From Nageia nagi (taxonomy: Eukaryota; Plantae; Pinophyta): 64,000 nucleotides of DNA. This document shows, piece by piece, positions 54,480-64,000 of this stretch. Location: positions 115,444,001-115,508,000 of the forward strand of contig JBITNC010000001.1 of the NCBI GenBank assembly GCA_050084985.1, in the 5' to 3' direction. Below the pieces are notes generated by a model, which saw only the letters and a program-made list of their open reading frames with translations, was not told the DNA's origin and searched no databases. The translations under genes and the position numbers were made by a program. Within the stretch, counting starts at the first letter, position 1. Every line of letters begins with the position of its first letter.

Positions 54480-54872
54480 AAAATATCTCTAATGGATATT
54501 GTCAAAATGCCTCTCATGGATATTGTCAAAATCGTAGTCTTTTCTCCAGTAAAAGTTAGGGTGTCGTTTAGAAGTACAAATCCATCGCATCCCTGCAAGA
54601 GAAACTTATAGAGATCACGATTATCCAACATATAAAAATAAAATTCATAAAGATATCTCCACATTCAGACATATTTTTTTGTGATAATCTTTATTGACAT
54701 TGTCATACGTTAACAAAACCGTCATGAAAATGAAGGCGAAGACTATGGATAACGCATGTGGACATGTTTTTTCATAAAAAGATGCGCTAAGTTACGCATG
54801 AGAGGTAATATAGCCACAGCATACAATCAATACCAGTCTGCATATCAACTCAATATTTTTTATCTTTGCCAT
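54480..54872 (-). pseudogene. Captured class III peroxidase fragment, copy 1 (premature TAA in place of the mature N-terminal Gln)
   Basis: ATG at 54872; HA*LSASFYEKTCPHALSIV; shifted-frame LRLHFHDGFVN|GTATG; TTGCAG|GCDGFVLLNDTLTFTGEKT. Confidence 0.9.
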
Positions 54873-54989
54873 CCTTCAAGACTGTGGGGACCTGAGATGC
54901 ATAGGGGAGTGCTTTAATAAGGATGGCATTTGATGGAGAAAGAATTTACATTTCTCCAAACTACAGAAAAGGGAGAAAACTTTATCAAA

Positions 54990-55381
54990 AAATATCTCTC
55001 ATGGATATTGTCAAAATGCCTCTCATGGATATTGTCAAAATCGCAGTCTTTTCTCCAGTAAAAGTTAGGGTGTCGTTTAGAAGTACAAATCCATCGCATC
55101 CCTGCAAGAGAAACTTACAGAGATCACGATTATCCAACATATAAAAATAAAATTCATAAAGATATCTCCACATTCATACATATTTTTCTGTGATAATCTT
55201 TATTGACATTGTCATACGTTAACAAAACAGTCATGAAAATGAAGGTGAAGACTATGGATAACGCATGTGGACATGTTTTTTCATAAAAAGATGTGCTAAG
55301 TTGCGCATGAGAGGTAATATAGCCACAGCATACAATCAATACCAGTCTGCATATCAACTCAATATTTTTTATCTTCGCCAT
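54990..55381 (-). pseudogene. Captured class III peroxidase fragment, copy 2: exon 1 (55381-55218), 116-bp intron (55217-55102), exon 2 from 55101
   Basis: Signal peptide plus AQLSTSFYEKTCPHALSIV; LHLHFHDCFVN|GT; AG|GCDGFVLLNDTLTFTGEKTA; ILTISMRD. Confidence 0.92.
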
Positions 55382-55498
55382 CCTTCAAGACTGTGGGGAC
55401 CTGAGATGCACAGGGGAGTGCTTTAATAAGGATGGCATTCGATGGAGAAAGAATTTATGTTTCTCCAAACTACAAAAAAGGGAGAAAACTTTATCAAA

Positions 55499-55889
55499 AA
55501 ATATCTCTCATGGATATTGTCAAAATGCCTCTCGTGGATATTGTCAAAATCGCAGTCTTTTCTCCACTAAAAGTTAGGGTGTCATTTAGAAGTACAAATC
55601 CATCGCATCCCTACAAGAGAAACTTACAGAGATCACGATTATCCAACATATAAAATAAAATTCATAAAGATATCTCCACATTCAGACATATTTTTCTGTG
55701 ATAATCTTTATTGACATTGTCATAAGTTAACAAAACAGTCATGAAAATGAAGGCAAAGACTATGGATAACGCATGTGGACATGTTTTTTCATAAAAAGAT
55801 GCACTAAGTTGCGCATGAGAGGTAATATAGCCACAACATATAATCAATACCAGTCTGCATATCAACTCAATATTTTTTATCTTCGCCAT
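55499..55889 (-). pseudogene. Captured class III peroxidase fragment, copy 3 (splice donor GT mutated to TT)
   Basis: MAKIKNIELICRLVLIICCGYITSHAQLSASFYEKTCPHALSIV; LCLHFHDCFVN|TTATG; the GCDGFVLLNDTL exon is retained. Confidence 0.9.
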
Positions 55890-56734
55890 CCTTCAAGACT
55901 CTGGGGACCTGAGATGCATAGGGGAGTGCTTTAATAAGGATGGCATTCGATGGAGAAAGAAGTTACGTTTCTCCAAACTACAGAAAAGGGAGAAAAGCCA
56001 ATGCATTCAATGCTTTACAAACCAAAACACGTAAATATGTGGCAAATTGAAGCTTTAAGTTGGCTCAATGGAAAAGTAAAAAATTATCATACAGTTGCTT
56101 CTATTTTAGATGTTGTTTTCATTACGAATTTGTTTGATCAATAACTTGGGAATTCATTCTATATTATATAAAGTCCAATAATCTGACAGGCTTTTTTTGA
56201 ACAATAACTCAAGAATTCATTCTATATTAGATAAAGTTCAATAACCTTAATAGATTTTTAAGACAAACTTTTTAATAGTTGAAAAATCATTATCATCCAT
56301 ATTGTTTTTGTGTAAATGCACTCCTGGGTCCCAACAGTTTCAGATACCATTCCCACAAGGAAGTCGCGTATAGATATGAAGTGGCATTTAGGAATAAGAT
56401 ATGTAGATTTTGTGTTCTATTGGAGATACACTATGCACCTATTTGAAGACATTAACTTCAATTAGTAACCTTAGATTCTCTTTTGAGTGTAAGAATTTAA
56501 AACTCTTTTTCTTATTTATTAATAACATATCATTAATATATGAGGGGATAGTTTGGAATTTGGGCTTTTTTTTTAAACACTTCTATGTTTACTTTCTTGT
56601 TAACTTTCTTAACATGAGTTAATTATTTAAGTATATTAATGCTTGAAAATTATGTAAATATCTTTAAGTTGTTATTTAAATAAATATAATGATGTATTCT
56701 CTTATGTTTTTGTAGTAAATTTGTGACAAAGATA

Positions 56735-59700
56735 ATGAATTCTGAAGAGCAAAGAGAACAACAGAGATTAGAACAACATAGACAATATCACAGAGATTAT
56801 AATAGACGATGACGTGAAAGAATGACTGAAAGTGACAAAGAGAGAGAAAGACAAAGACAAAGAGAAAATCGAGCAAAACGTAGGGCAGAAATGACAAATG
56901 AACAAAAACAACGACAAAGAGCAATCGATTATGAACGAAAGAGACAAAATCGTGCTAATATGTCTAATGAAGAAAATGAAGAACAAAGAGCAATACACAC
57001 TCAACAAATGAGAGAAACACGTGCAAAAATATCAGAAGATCAAAGAGAAGAAGCACGCCAAAGATATATGAAACAACAAACAACAAACCAAGAAAATCAA
57101 ACACAATTTCAACTTGAGGAGATTAGGAGAAAACGTGCGAATGACCGCCAACTTCAGCGTGCTAGACGAGCTGAGGAAGATAGTCAAAGAGAGGAAAGAA
57201 TACATCGTAATAATGTTCATGATAATGTAAGTGTTTCCGATGCATCCTCTTTTTTTGAAAGAAATGCTAAAAATATAATTATGGTGAGACAAACACAATA
57301 TGAAGCAACTGAAATGGGAGAGACACCTCCAACACATCGTTTAAGAGAAGGAAATGTAGAAGGTTTACAAATGAATGCAAATCAAACAAATCATAATAGA
57401 ACATATGGACATACTAATACAAATATTCAAATAGATTTCAAAGAAATACAAACCTTATTTTGAAGTCAACTACAAAAACTTGCATCACCATCGATGTGTT
57501 ACATTTGCCAAGAATCTTATCCTGGAATGAAGGTGTTATCTACTACTGAAGGTCCGGCATGTAATAGATGTAGACAAGAGAAAATTCTTCCTCATCGATT
57601 TTCTTCCTCAAATCACATGGATCCTGGATCACAACCATCAGAATTATCAAACTTAACACAAATTGAAGAAATGTTGATAGCACGTGTCAATCCAATATTA
57701 CAAGTAACACATGCTACCGGAGGCCAATATAAGTACAAAGGGCATACAATTAGCTTTCCACAAGAATTGAAACAAATTGCGAAGGTACTACCTCATCCTA
57801 TAAATGAATTACCAGTCATTATTGTTCGAAGAAGAGATCAACGTGGTACAAATTATAATTTCACAGTAAATAAAGAGAGGGTCTTTAAAGCTTTGAAGTA
57901 TAAGATAGAAAATGATAAGTTTTATAAGGATGTGCAAATTAATGAAGATGTTCTAAGAGATCTCCCAGCTAATACAGATACAAACATATTTAACATTCTA
58001 AACTCTATTCATATGGAGTTTAATTCTGATATGAATGAATATGTAGTAATGGGTCCAACAATTGAGATGGATGAAGGAAATGTCATTAATCACACAACAT
58101 CTATGGCCTGTAAACCACCCAATGCACCAAGGGAGATGGAATTAATTCGTGCATGGGTCAACAACCCTAATGTAGAACCAATAACACTCATTGATTGGCC
58201 TGGAATTGGAGCATCTCCTATAAATGAGTATATTACAGAAGGGTTGCTTGATATGGCATTTCCAACATTATTCCCAAATGGAAACTGTGATTGGATAGAA
58301 CCAAGAAATAGAAAAGTTTATCTTCATGAATTTGCAAAACATTTATTACGATATAGAGATCATCGTTTTGGAAAGCATCCAAGATTTAGGTATTTCATAA
58401 TGAACATGATAATGAGACACCGTGCTCAGAATTCTTCAGCAGTGTTTGTGAAGAAGAGTCTTCAAGATTTGCCAACTACAATCCATGAATTACGAGAACA
58501 CATGGATAATATTCCCCAATCACATTTAGCAGATTGTTTAATGCATTTTGGCTCTACATTAAGAGGCACAAGATCTTATTGGATGAAGAGTCATGCTGAA
58601 TTAAGTGATTTATTACATCAAATTGGATCTCCAACCATTTTTTTCACTTTAAGTGCAGCTGATATGTATTGGCCTGACCTTCATGCGTTAATGCCAGGAA
58701 CATCACCATCTGATTCAAGAGAAGCACAAAAATGGCGAAGAAAAAATATTATTGATTACCCACATATTGTAGCTCATTACATGCATCTACGAAATACAAT
58801 TTTTCGTAAAGAGGTATTGCAAAAACAAATGAAAGTCAAAGAATATTGGTGTAGATATGAATGGCAACATAGGGGATCTCCACATGTGCATGGTTTTCTA
58901 TGGATAGAGGGAGCTCCAAACATGGATAATTTAGATTGGACAAGTGAAGAACAAGTGAAAAAAGCACAAACATATTTTGATAATATTGTGCATGCATGGA
59001 ATCCTCGAGGAGACCCACATCAACGAAATATACAGGTATGCATAAAGTATCTATTTTTTTAATTTTATGTTTTAAATACATATATATAATTAATAACCAT
59101 TGTATATATTTCACAGCTTCTTCAAAATATTAATCAACACCCATGTTTGAGGAATACACGTCAACTTGATCAAGTAGACTTAGATCTTGATTATGAAGAG
59201 ATTCTCAATTGTGTTGAGCGTCACACTGTATGTAGAGAAGGTGCATGCTTACGCAAGAAAAGAGGAAAGATGGTTTGTAGGTAAATACTTATGACTACTT
59301 ATATATATTTATAATTTTAAATTCATCATCCTTTATGTTAAACTAATTTTTCTTTTTATAGGTATAATGCACCATGGCCTTTATCTTTAGATGGATCCAA
59401 ATTATATGAAGATCCAGAAACCAAAGATAAAAAGTATGAACCAATAAGAAATGATGATCGAGTCAATACACATAATCGACATATATTACAATTATGGAGA
59501 GCAAATGTAGATTGGCAACCTGTTCTATCAAAGCATGCTGTTATCAATTATATTGCTAAATATGCTGCTAAGGCTGAGAAAAGTTCAGAAACCTATCAAG
59601 AAATGTTGATGCGAATTACAAATTTAGAAAATGATGATGATTTAGCAACAAGAGCATATAGGCATCTTCTAACGGAAACAATTATTGAGAGAGATATAGG

Positions 59701-61914
59701 AGCACAAGAAACATGTCATATGTTATTAGAGCTTCCATTGGTTGAATGTAGTAGAGTTTTTATTTCTCTAAATGTTGGACGAAAAGTTTTCAAGGAGGTG
59801 GAAAATATTGATGAAGAAGAAATAGAAAGAAATGGTAAATCTTTAATTGATGGATATATTCAACGACCATGTATGATGGAAACTATCTCACTTATTGATG
59901 TAGCTAGATCATGGACATATAATCCAAGATGAAGAAGTGAGTTGAAATGGAGCACTAGAAAAAATGCAGCTATTGTGAGGGCATGGCCATGTTTTATGAC
60001 CATTCCTGAAAAAGAATCAGAAAAATTTATTGAATTTTGTTGGTCAGAGTTGTTACTTTACAAGCCATTTAGAAGTATAGAAAGAGATATCGGGGTTGAT
60101 GATAGCACAATCATAACAAATTGGGAGGCATTCAACTATAGGCCTTGGCATATTGAGAGAATGAATAATATCCAAAATACAGAACAAGAATATCACAATG
60201 ATTTAGAAGATGATGATGAACGAACAGTTCATCAGAACACTATAGAGAATGAATGGGAAATTATAGCCCAATTACATCGTGGAAATCACTTTACAAGGAC
60301 AGAAATAGATATGCTTGGTAGAAGGGATGTTGATAGACAAGCACAATGGGATAATGAATATATATCAGAAGAATACACAAAAAAAGCAATAAATTGGATA
60401 ACCAGAATGAAACAAAATGGTGCATTTATTGATGATGATGCCCCTTTAAATTACCTATATGAGAGCCTTAGCATGAAACAAAAACAAGCATATGATATAA
60501 TAATGACACATTATAATCAGGAACAACATATAGACCCTTTATATATGATAATTCAAGGAAAAGCAGGAACAGGAAAATCGTATCTAATTGGAGCACTTCG
60601 TCAAGCATTTCAAGACTTACCATCTATAAAACATTCTCCCCTTCTTTTACTTGCACCTACTGGAGTTGCTGCATTCAACATTGGTGCCACTACAATCCAT
60701 GGAGCACTTCGAATTCCTATCACAGACTTTGATAAATTAGAGGGATCAAGATTAAATACTTTTCAAGAAGATATGAAACATGTAAAATATATATTGATTG
60801 ATGAAATGAGCTTCATAGGGCAGAAAATGTTGGAACACATAGATTCTCACCTTCGAGAAGGTTTTCCAGAAAAATCAAATATATGTTTTGGAGGTAGGTC
60901 AATGATTTTAGTAGGTGATTTAGGACAGTTACCACCTGTTATGGATAGACCACCATATGCCACTAATAGACATGCAAGATTATTATGGCAAAAGTTCACA
61001 ACTGTTATAACATTAGATAGAGTATTTCGACAAGAAGGAGAGAGTGAAGATCAAAAAAGGTTTCGTCAACTTTTAATTAATTTAAGAGATGCAAATCCAA
61101 CTGAAGATGATTGGAAATTATTGATGACAAGAACAAATTCAAATCTAGATCCGGCTATAAGGGATGATTTTGATCAGAATATTCATCTATTTGCAACTAA
61201 TGAAAATGTGCATAATCATAACAGGTATGAATTTATTTTAAATAAATCCATTTTTTAGAATTTTGAATTACTTACTAATTTTTGATATAATATTAATATA
61301 TTGCTAACTAATGAAATATTTTTTATCATAATAGGTTACAACTACTCAAGTTAAATTTTCCAGTAGCACGTAGTATTGCAACAAAATCAGGGAGCACAAA
61401 ACAAGGAGGGGGTGATAGTGAAGAGCTTGAAATTGAGTTATTAATTGCAAATAATGCAAGAGTTATGCTAACATCTAACTTATGGACAGAAGCTGGACTT
61501 GTTAATGGTGCTTTGGGATATGTTAGAAAAATTGTATACAAAACAGGGAATTCTCCACCTGATCTACCAACATATGTTATGGTAGAATTTGATCATTTTA
61601 CAGGATGTTCACTTGAAGGTAAAGCTATTCCAATTATACCTATAGAAAGAGGTCGAACACGTCAACTTCCATTACGATTGGCTTGGGGCTTAACAATACA
61701 TAAATCACAAGGTTTGACACTTAATAAAGCAACAATAGATATTGGAGAAAGGGAAAGGCAAGGTTTAACATTTGTTGCTATATCTCGCATCAAAGCATTG
61801 GATGGACTTAGAATTTTAGAACCGTTTCCATATGATCGTTATGCAAAATTGAAATCAGGAAAAGGAGTTGTGCAAAGGAAAGCTGAAGAAGAAAGACTCA
61901 AATCTTTGGAGTAG
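56735..61914 (+). pseudogene. Helitron RepHel transposase (HUH Rep plus PIF1 helicase), 4 coding exons 56735-59035, 59117-59280, 59362-61224, 61335-61914; ~1635 codons with 3 in-frame TGA
   Basis: Rep motifs FFTLSAAD, RYEWQHRGSPHVH, WRANVDWQ and YIAKY; PIF1 motifs GKAGTGKS, LAPTGVAA, DEMS, GDLGQLPPV, TIHKSQGLTL and VAISR; GT-AG introns of 81, 81 and 110 bp preserve the frame. Confidence 0.95.
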
Positions 61915-62095
61915 CCAAAAATCAATATTACTATGATTAATTTTGATTTTTTTTAAATCTTACTCAATATTATTTGTCAATGACTCCTTATGTATTAGTC
62001 ATATTCATTTGTTAAACATTATTTTTAAAATAATATTTGCATTTGTATTGTATCTCTTAATATTATAATTCAATAATCACGTGATGATGGATGCC

Positions 62096-62250
62096 ACTAG
62101 CTTTGATATAACTTATATATCAAAAAACACCGAGAGATATCATTTCGAGGCGCCTATCTCATTTCTTGGTATTGCTATATCCAAGATAGGCGCCTCTAAA
62201 TGATATCTCTCAGCGTTTTTTGATATATAAGGGGTTATATCAAAGCTAGT
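62096..62250. repeat. 155-bp foldback (inverted repeat with ~65-bp arms)
   Basis: 62096-62159 ACTAGCTTTGATATAAC-TTATATATCAAAAAAC..GAGAGATATCATTT.GAGGCGCCTATCT is the reverse complement of 62184-62250, with 3 mismatches and one 3-bp indel. Confidence 0.95.
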
Positions 62251-62254
62251 TATT

Positions 62255-64000
62255 AACACCATGAAAGGAATAACTAAGTTGTAAAAGTGCAGATATTTGG
62301 ACATCTTAGCCATTATCACCATTATAAGATAATTCCCATAGCATTTGGAGAGGCCCTCAATGAAATACATGAAACTATTAGCCCAAGTTTATTTTTGTAT
62401 AGGCAAAAGATGAAGAAGGGTAGTAATTCCAACAATCTCACTTTTTTTTACATACATCACATTGAATAATAAATTTTTTGATATCTTATTTCATTCTAGT
62501 CCAATAGAAGAAGAAGCTTACTCATTTGTAATCTTCAAAAAAATAGCATATGGTAGTCAAAGTAACATACAATAACTCTTAAATTATTATCTCATAGTAT
62601 GAATAATTGGTAGATAGTACCTTGATATCCTTGAAATGTAGAATCCCATCATACAAAGAAAAATAGGGTTCACTAGCAGGGTCAATCTAGAGTTGGTGAA
62701 TCAACAATTGAATATAGTTTTTATGGATTCATTCTTGTTTAAATTGATCAAGCCATCAAGGAACTAAATATGAAATTGATAGAAGTACCACAATAGCCTT
62801 AAAATTTCAATAAATAAAATCAACAACCACATTTTCTCTATCCTTTCGATACATGACATCATAATCATACCCTACAAAATTTTTAACCTACTTTTATTAT
62901 TTGAGAGTTGATATTATTTTTTGAGAAATTATTTCTAAATATGATGATCCATTCAAATAATAAAGTGTTGAATAATGAGATATGGTTTTCATCATTGAGA
63001 AATGTGAATAATAACTAATATTTATTTCTCATAGGTGGATTTAGCCAAATTTTTACTTAAGAAGACCTTGTTATTGAAAGCCAATATGACTATCATATTT
63101 TATCAATATTTTTCACAACATTATATGCTTGAGGAAATGTAGCTCTCCAAGTAAGGAAATGGATTTAAAGTTTTGAAACAAAAGCTTTAATGTAATATAT
63201 TAGACCTTGAAAAACCGTAGGTCATAGCTCTTGAAATCTACCATGATCTCTTGAGGATGTCTCATAAAGCTCATCAACTAGTCAAAAAGAGAGAAATCAT
63301 ATCCTTCTTATACAAAATTCTTGATAAACCCTTTCACAATATCATCCAATGAGTTAATAGAGATTACTAGCAAGGATCTATACCATTCAACTACTTTTTA
63401 CCTAAATATAAGGATAAGTAGCCTCATCATTATTTAATGTTTTATTATATTAAAATTTGTACCCAAGAAATCAATACCTTAGCAATGTTCCTAGGTTTGT
63501 TTCTTAGTATCATCATGAGTAAGTAGAACTTTGATAACTTTAAATGGTACATATCATGTATTGGTAGGAAAAGCTAATAGATTGGCATTATTCTATACTG
63601 GAAAAGTATTTTTAGTAGTCATGGGTTGAGTAGAGATTCTCATAAGAAAAACTTAAAGAGTAAGAGCCTAAAGAGGAATACGTCCAAGTGAAATAGAATA
63701 ATCTACACCTAGATCTTCTAATTATAATTAGGAGTTCAAAGAATTTAATGTACTCATGGGTATTTCTAGCATCACTTCTAGTAAGTCTATAAGATGGTGG
63801 TGGTATGGTTCAATATTCAATCAATTACAAGAATTGATCATTTTATTAATGAAAAAATAGTCATTAATAAGATCCAACACCATAAGAAAGTAATCTAACC
63901 AAAAATAACTAACAATAATTAGTTATTGTGGTAGTAAGACAACACATAGAAATGGTCTATGGGTTCACATCCCACCAAGAATTCCAAAACATAATTCTTG
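62255..64000 (-). mobile_element. Highly decayed Ty3/Gypsy pol remnant (integrase core start; RT traces)
   Basis: TWANSFMYFIEGLSKCYGNYLIMVIMAKMSKYLHF (~62285-62390) matches the W.DISMDFIEGLPK...IMVVVDRLSKYAHF pattern; PTVFQGL at ~63200-63225. Confidence 0.7.

Larger units (their letters stand above)
54467..55996. repeat. Three near-identical tandem units of 508-509 bp
   Basis: CTTTATCAAAAAATATCTCT at 54471, 54980 and 55489; the third unit ends at GGGAGAAAA 55996. Confidence 0.97.
53930..62249 (+). mobile_element. Helitron-like rolling-circle element (~8.2 kb) with a RepHel gene and captured host gene fragments; 5' end at 53930 or 54070
   Basis: Rep-PIF1 gene; CTAG|T at 62246-62250 after a stem-loop; candidate A|TC starts at 53930 and 54070; CpG retained, unlike the flanks; decayed Gypsy sequence begins right after 62250. 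Confidence 0.85.

Noticed and set aside
54923-55653. Repeated plus-strand 73-aa ORFs (MAFDGERIY...)
   Set aside because: They are antisense to the peroxidase fragments, span unit junctions, and recur only because the DNA is repeated.
54467-55996. Functional tandem peroxidase gene cluster
   Set aside because: Each unit has a frameshifting deletion in exon 1, a truncated exon 2 and no downstream exons.
54467-55996. Assembly artefact triplication
   Set aside because: The units differ by multiple substitutions (CGC/CAC/TGC, TAA vs CAA, GT vs TT donor), mostly CpG-type, as expected of real copies.
56676-57337. Hydrophobic minus-strand ORFs resembling membrane proteins
   Set aside because: They are antisense shadows of the purine-rich R/E/Q-coding RepHel N-terminus.
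56810-59932. Stop-codon readthrough, selenocysteine or an alternative genetic code
   Set aside because: TGG is used for Trp throughout, and CGA>TGA decay is the simpler explanation in a CpG-depleted genome.
59942-61914. Host PIF1 DNA helicase gene
   Set aside because: It is in frame with an upstream HUH Rep domain and followed by a hairpin-CTAG end, so it is the helicase of a Helitron transposase.

Overview
This is eukaryotic, AT-rich, strongly CpG-depleted repeat-dominated DNA from a large land-plant genome (a gymnosperm is my inference). No intact host gene is visible. From left to right it holds: the 3' half of a decayed Ty3/Gypsy Tat-type element (extra RNase H, integrase, 3' LTR); a short non-TE island; a decayed L1 LINE; a ~4.9 kb Copia-type LTR element with no recognisable gag-pol; two L1-type fragments; a ~27 kb head-to-tail array of a Tekay/Del-like chromovirus (three internal regions sharing LTRs, with nested insertions); and a Gypsy pol remnant at the right edge. 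The standout is a much younger ~8.2 kb Helitron-like element (~53.9/54.1-62.25 kb). Its 4-exon Rep-PIF1 gene (~1635 codons, reconstructed by hand) has HLE2/Helitron2-like motifs and is broken only by three in-frame TGA codons. It carries three tandem 508-509 bp copies of a captured, internally deleted class III peroxidase gene 5' end (exon 1, intron 1, exon 2) arranged head-to-head with the transposase, and it ends in a 155-bp foldback bounded by ACTAG/CTAGT. All family assignments come from motif recognition by eye; no database search was run.
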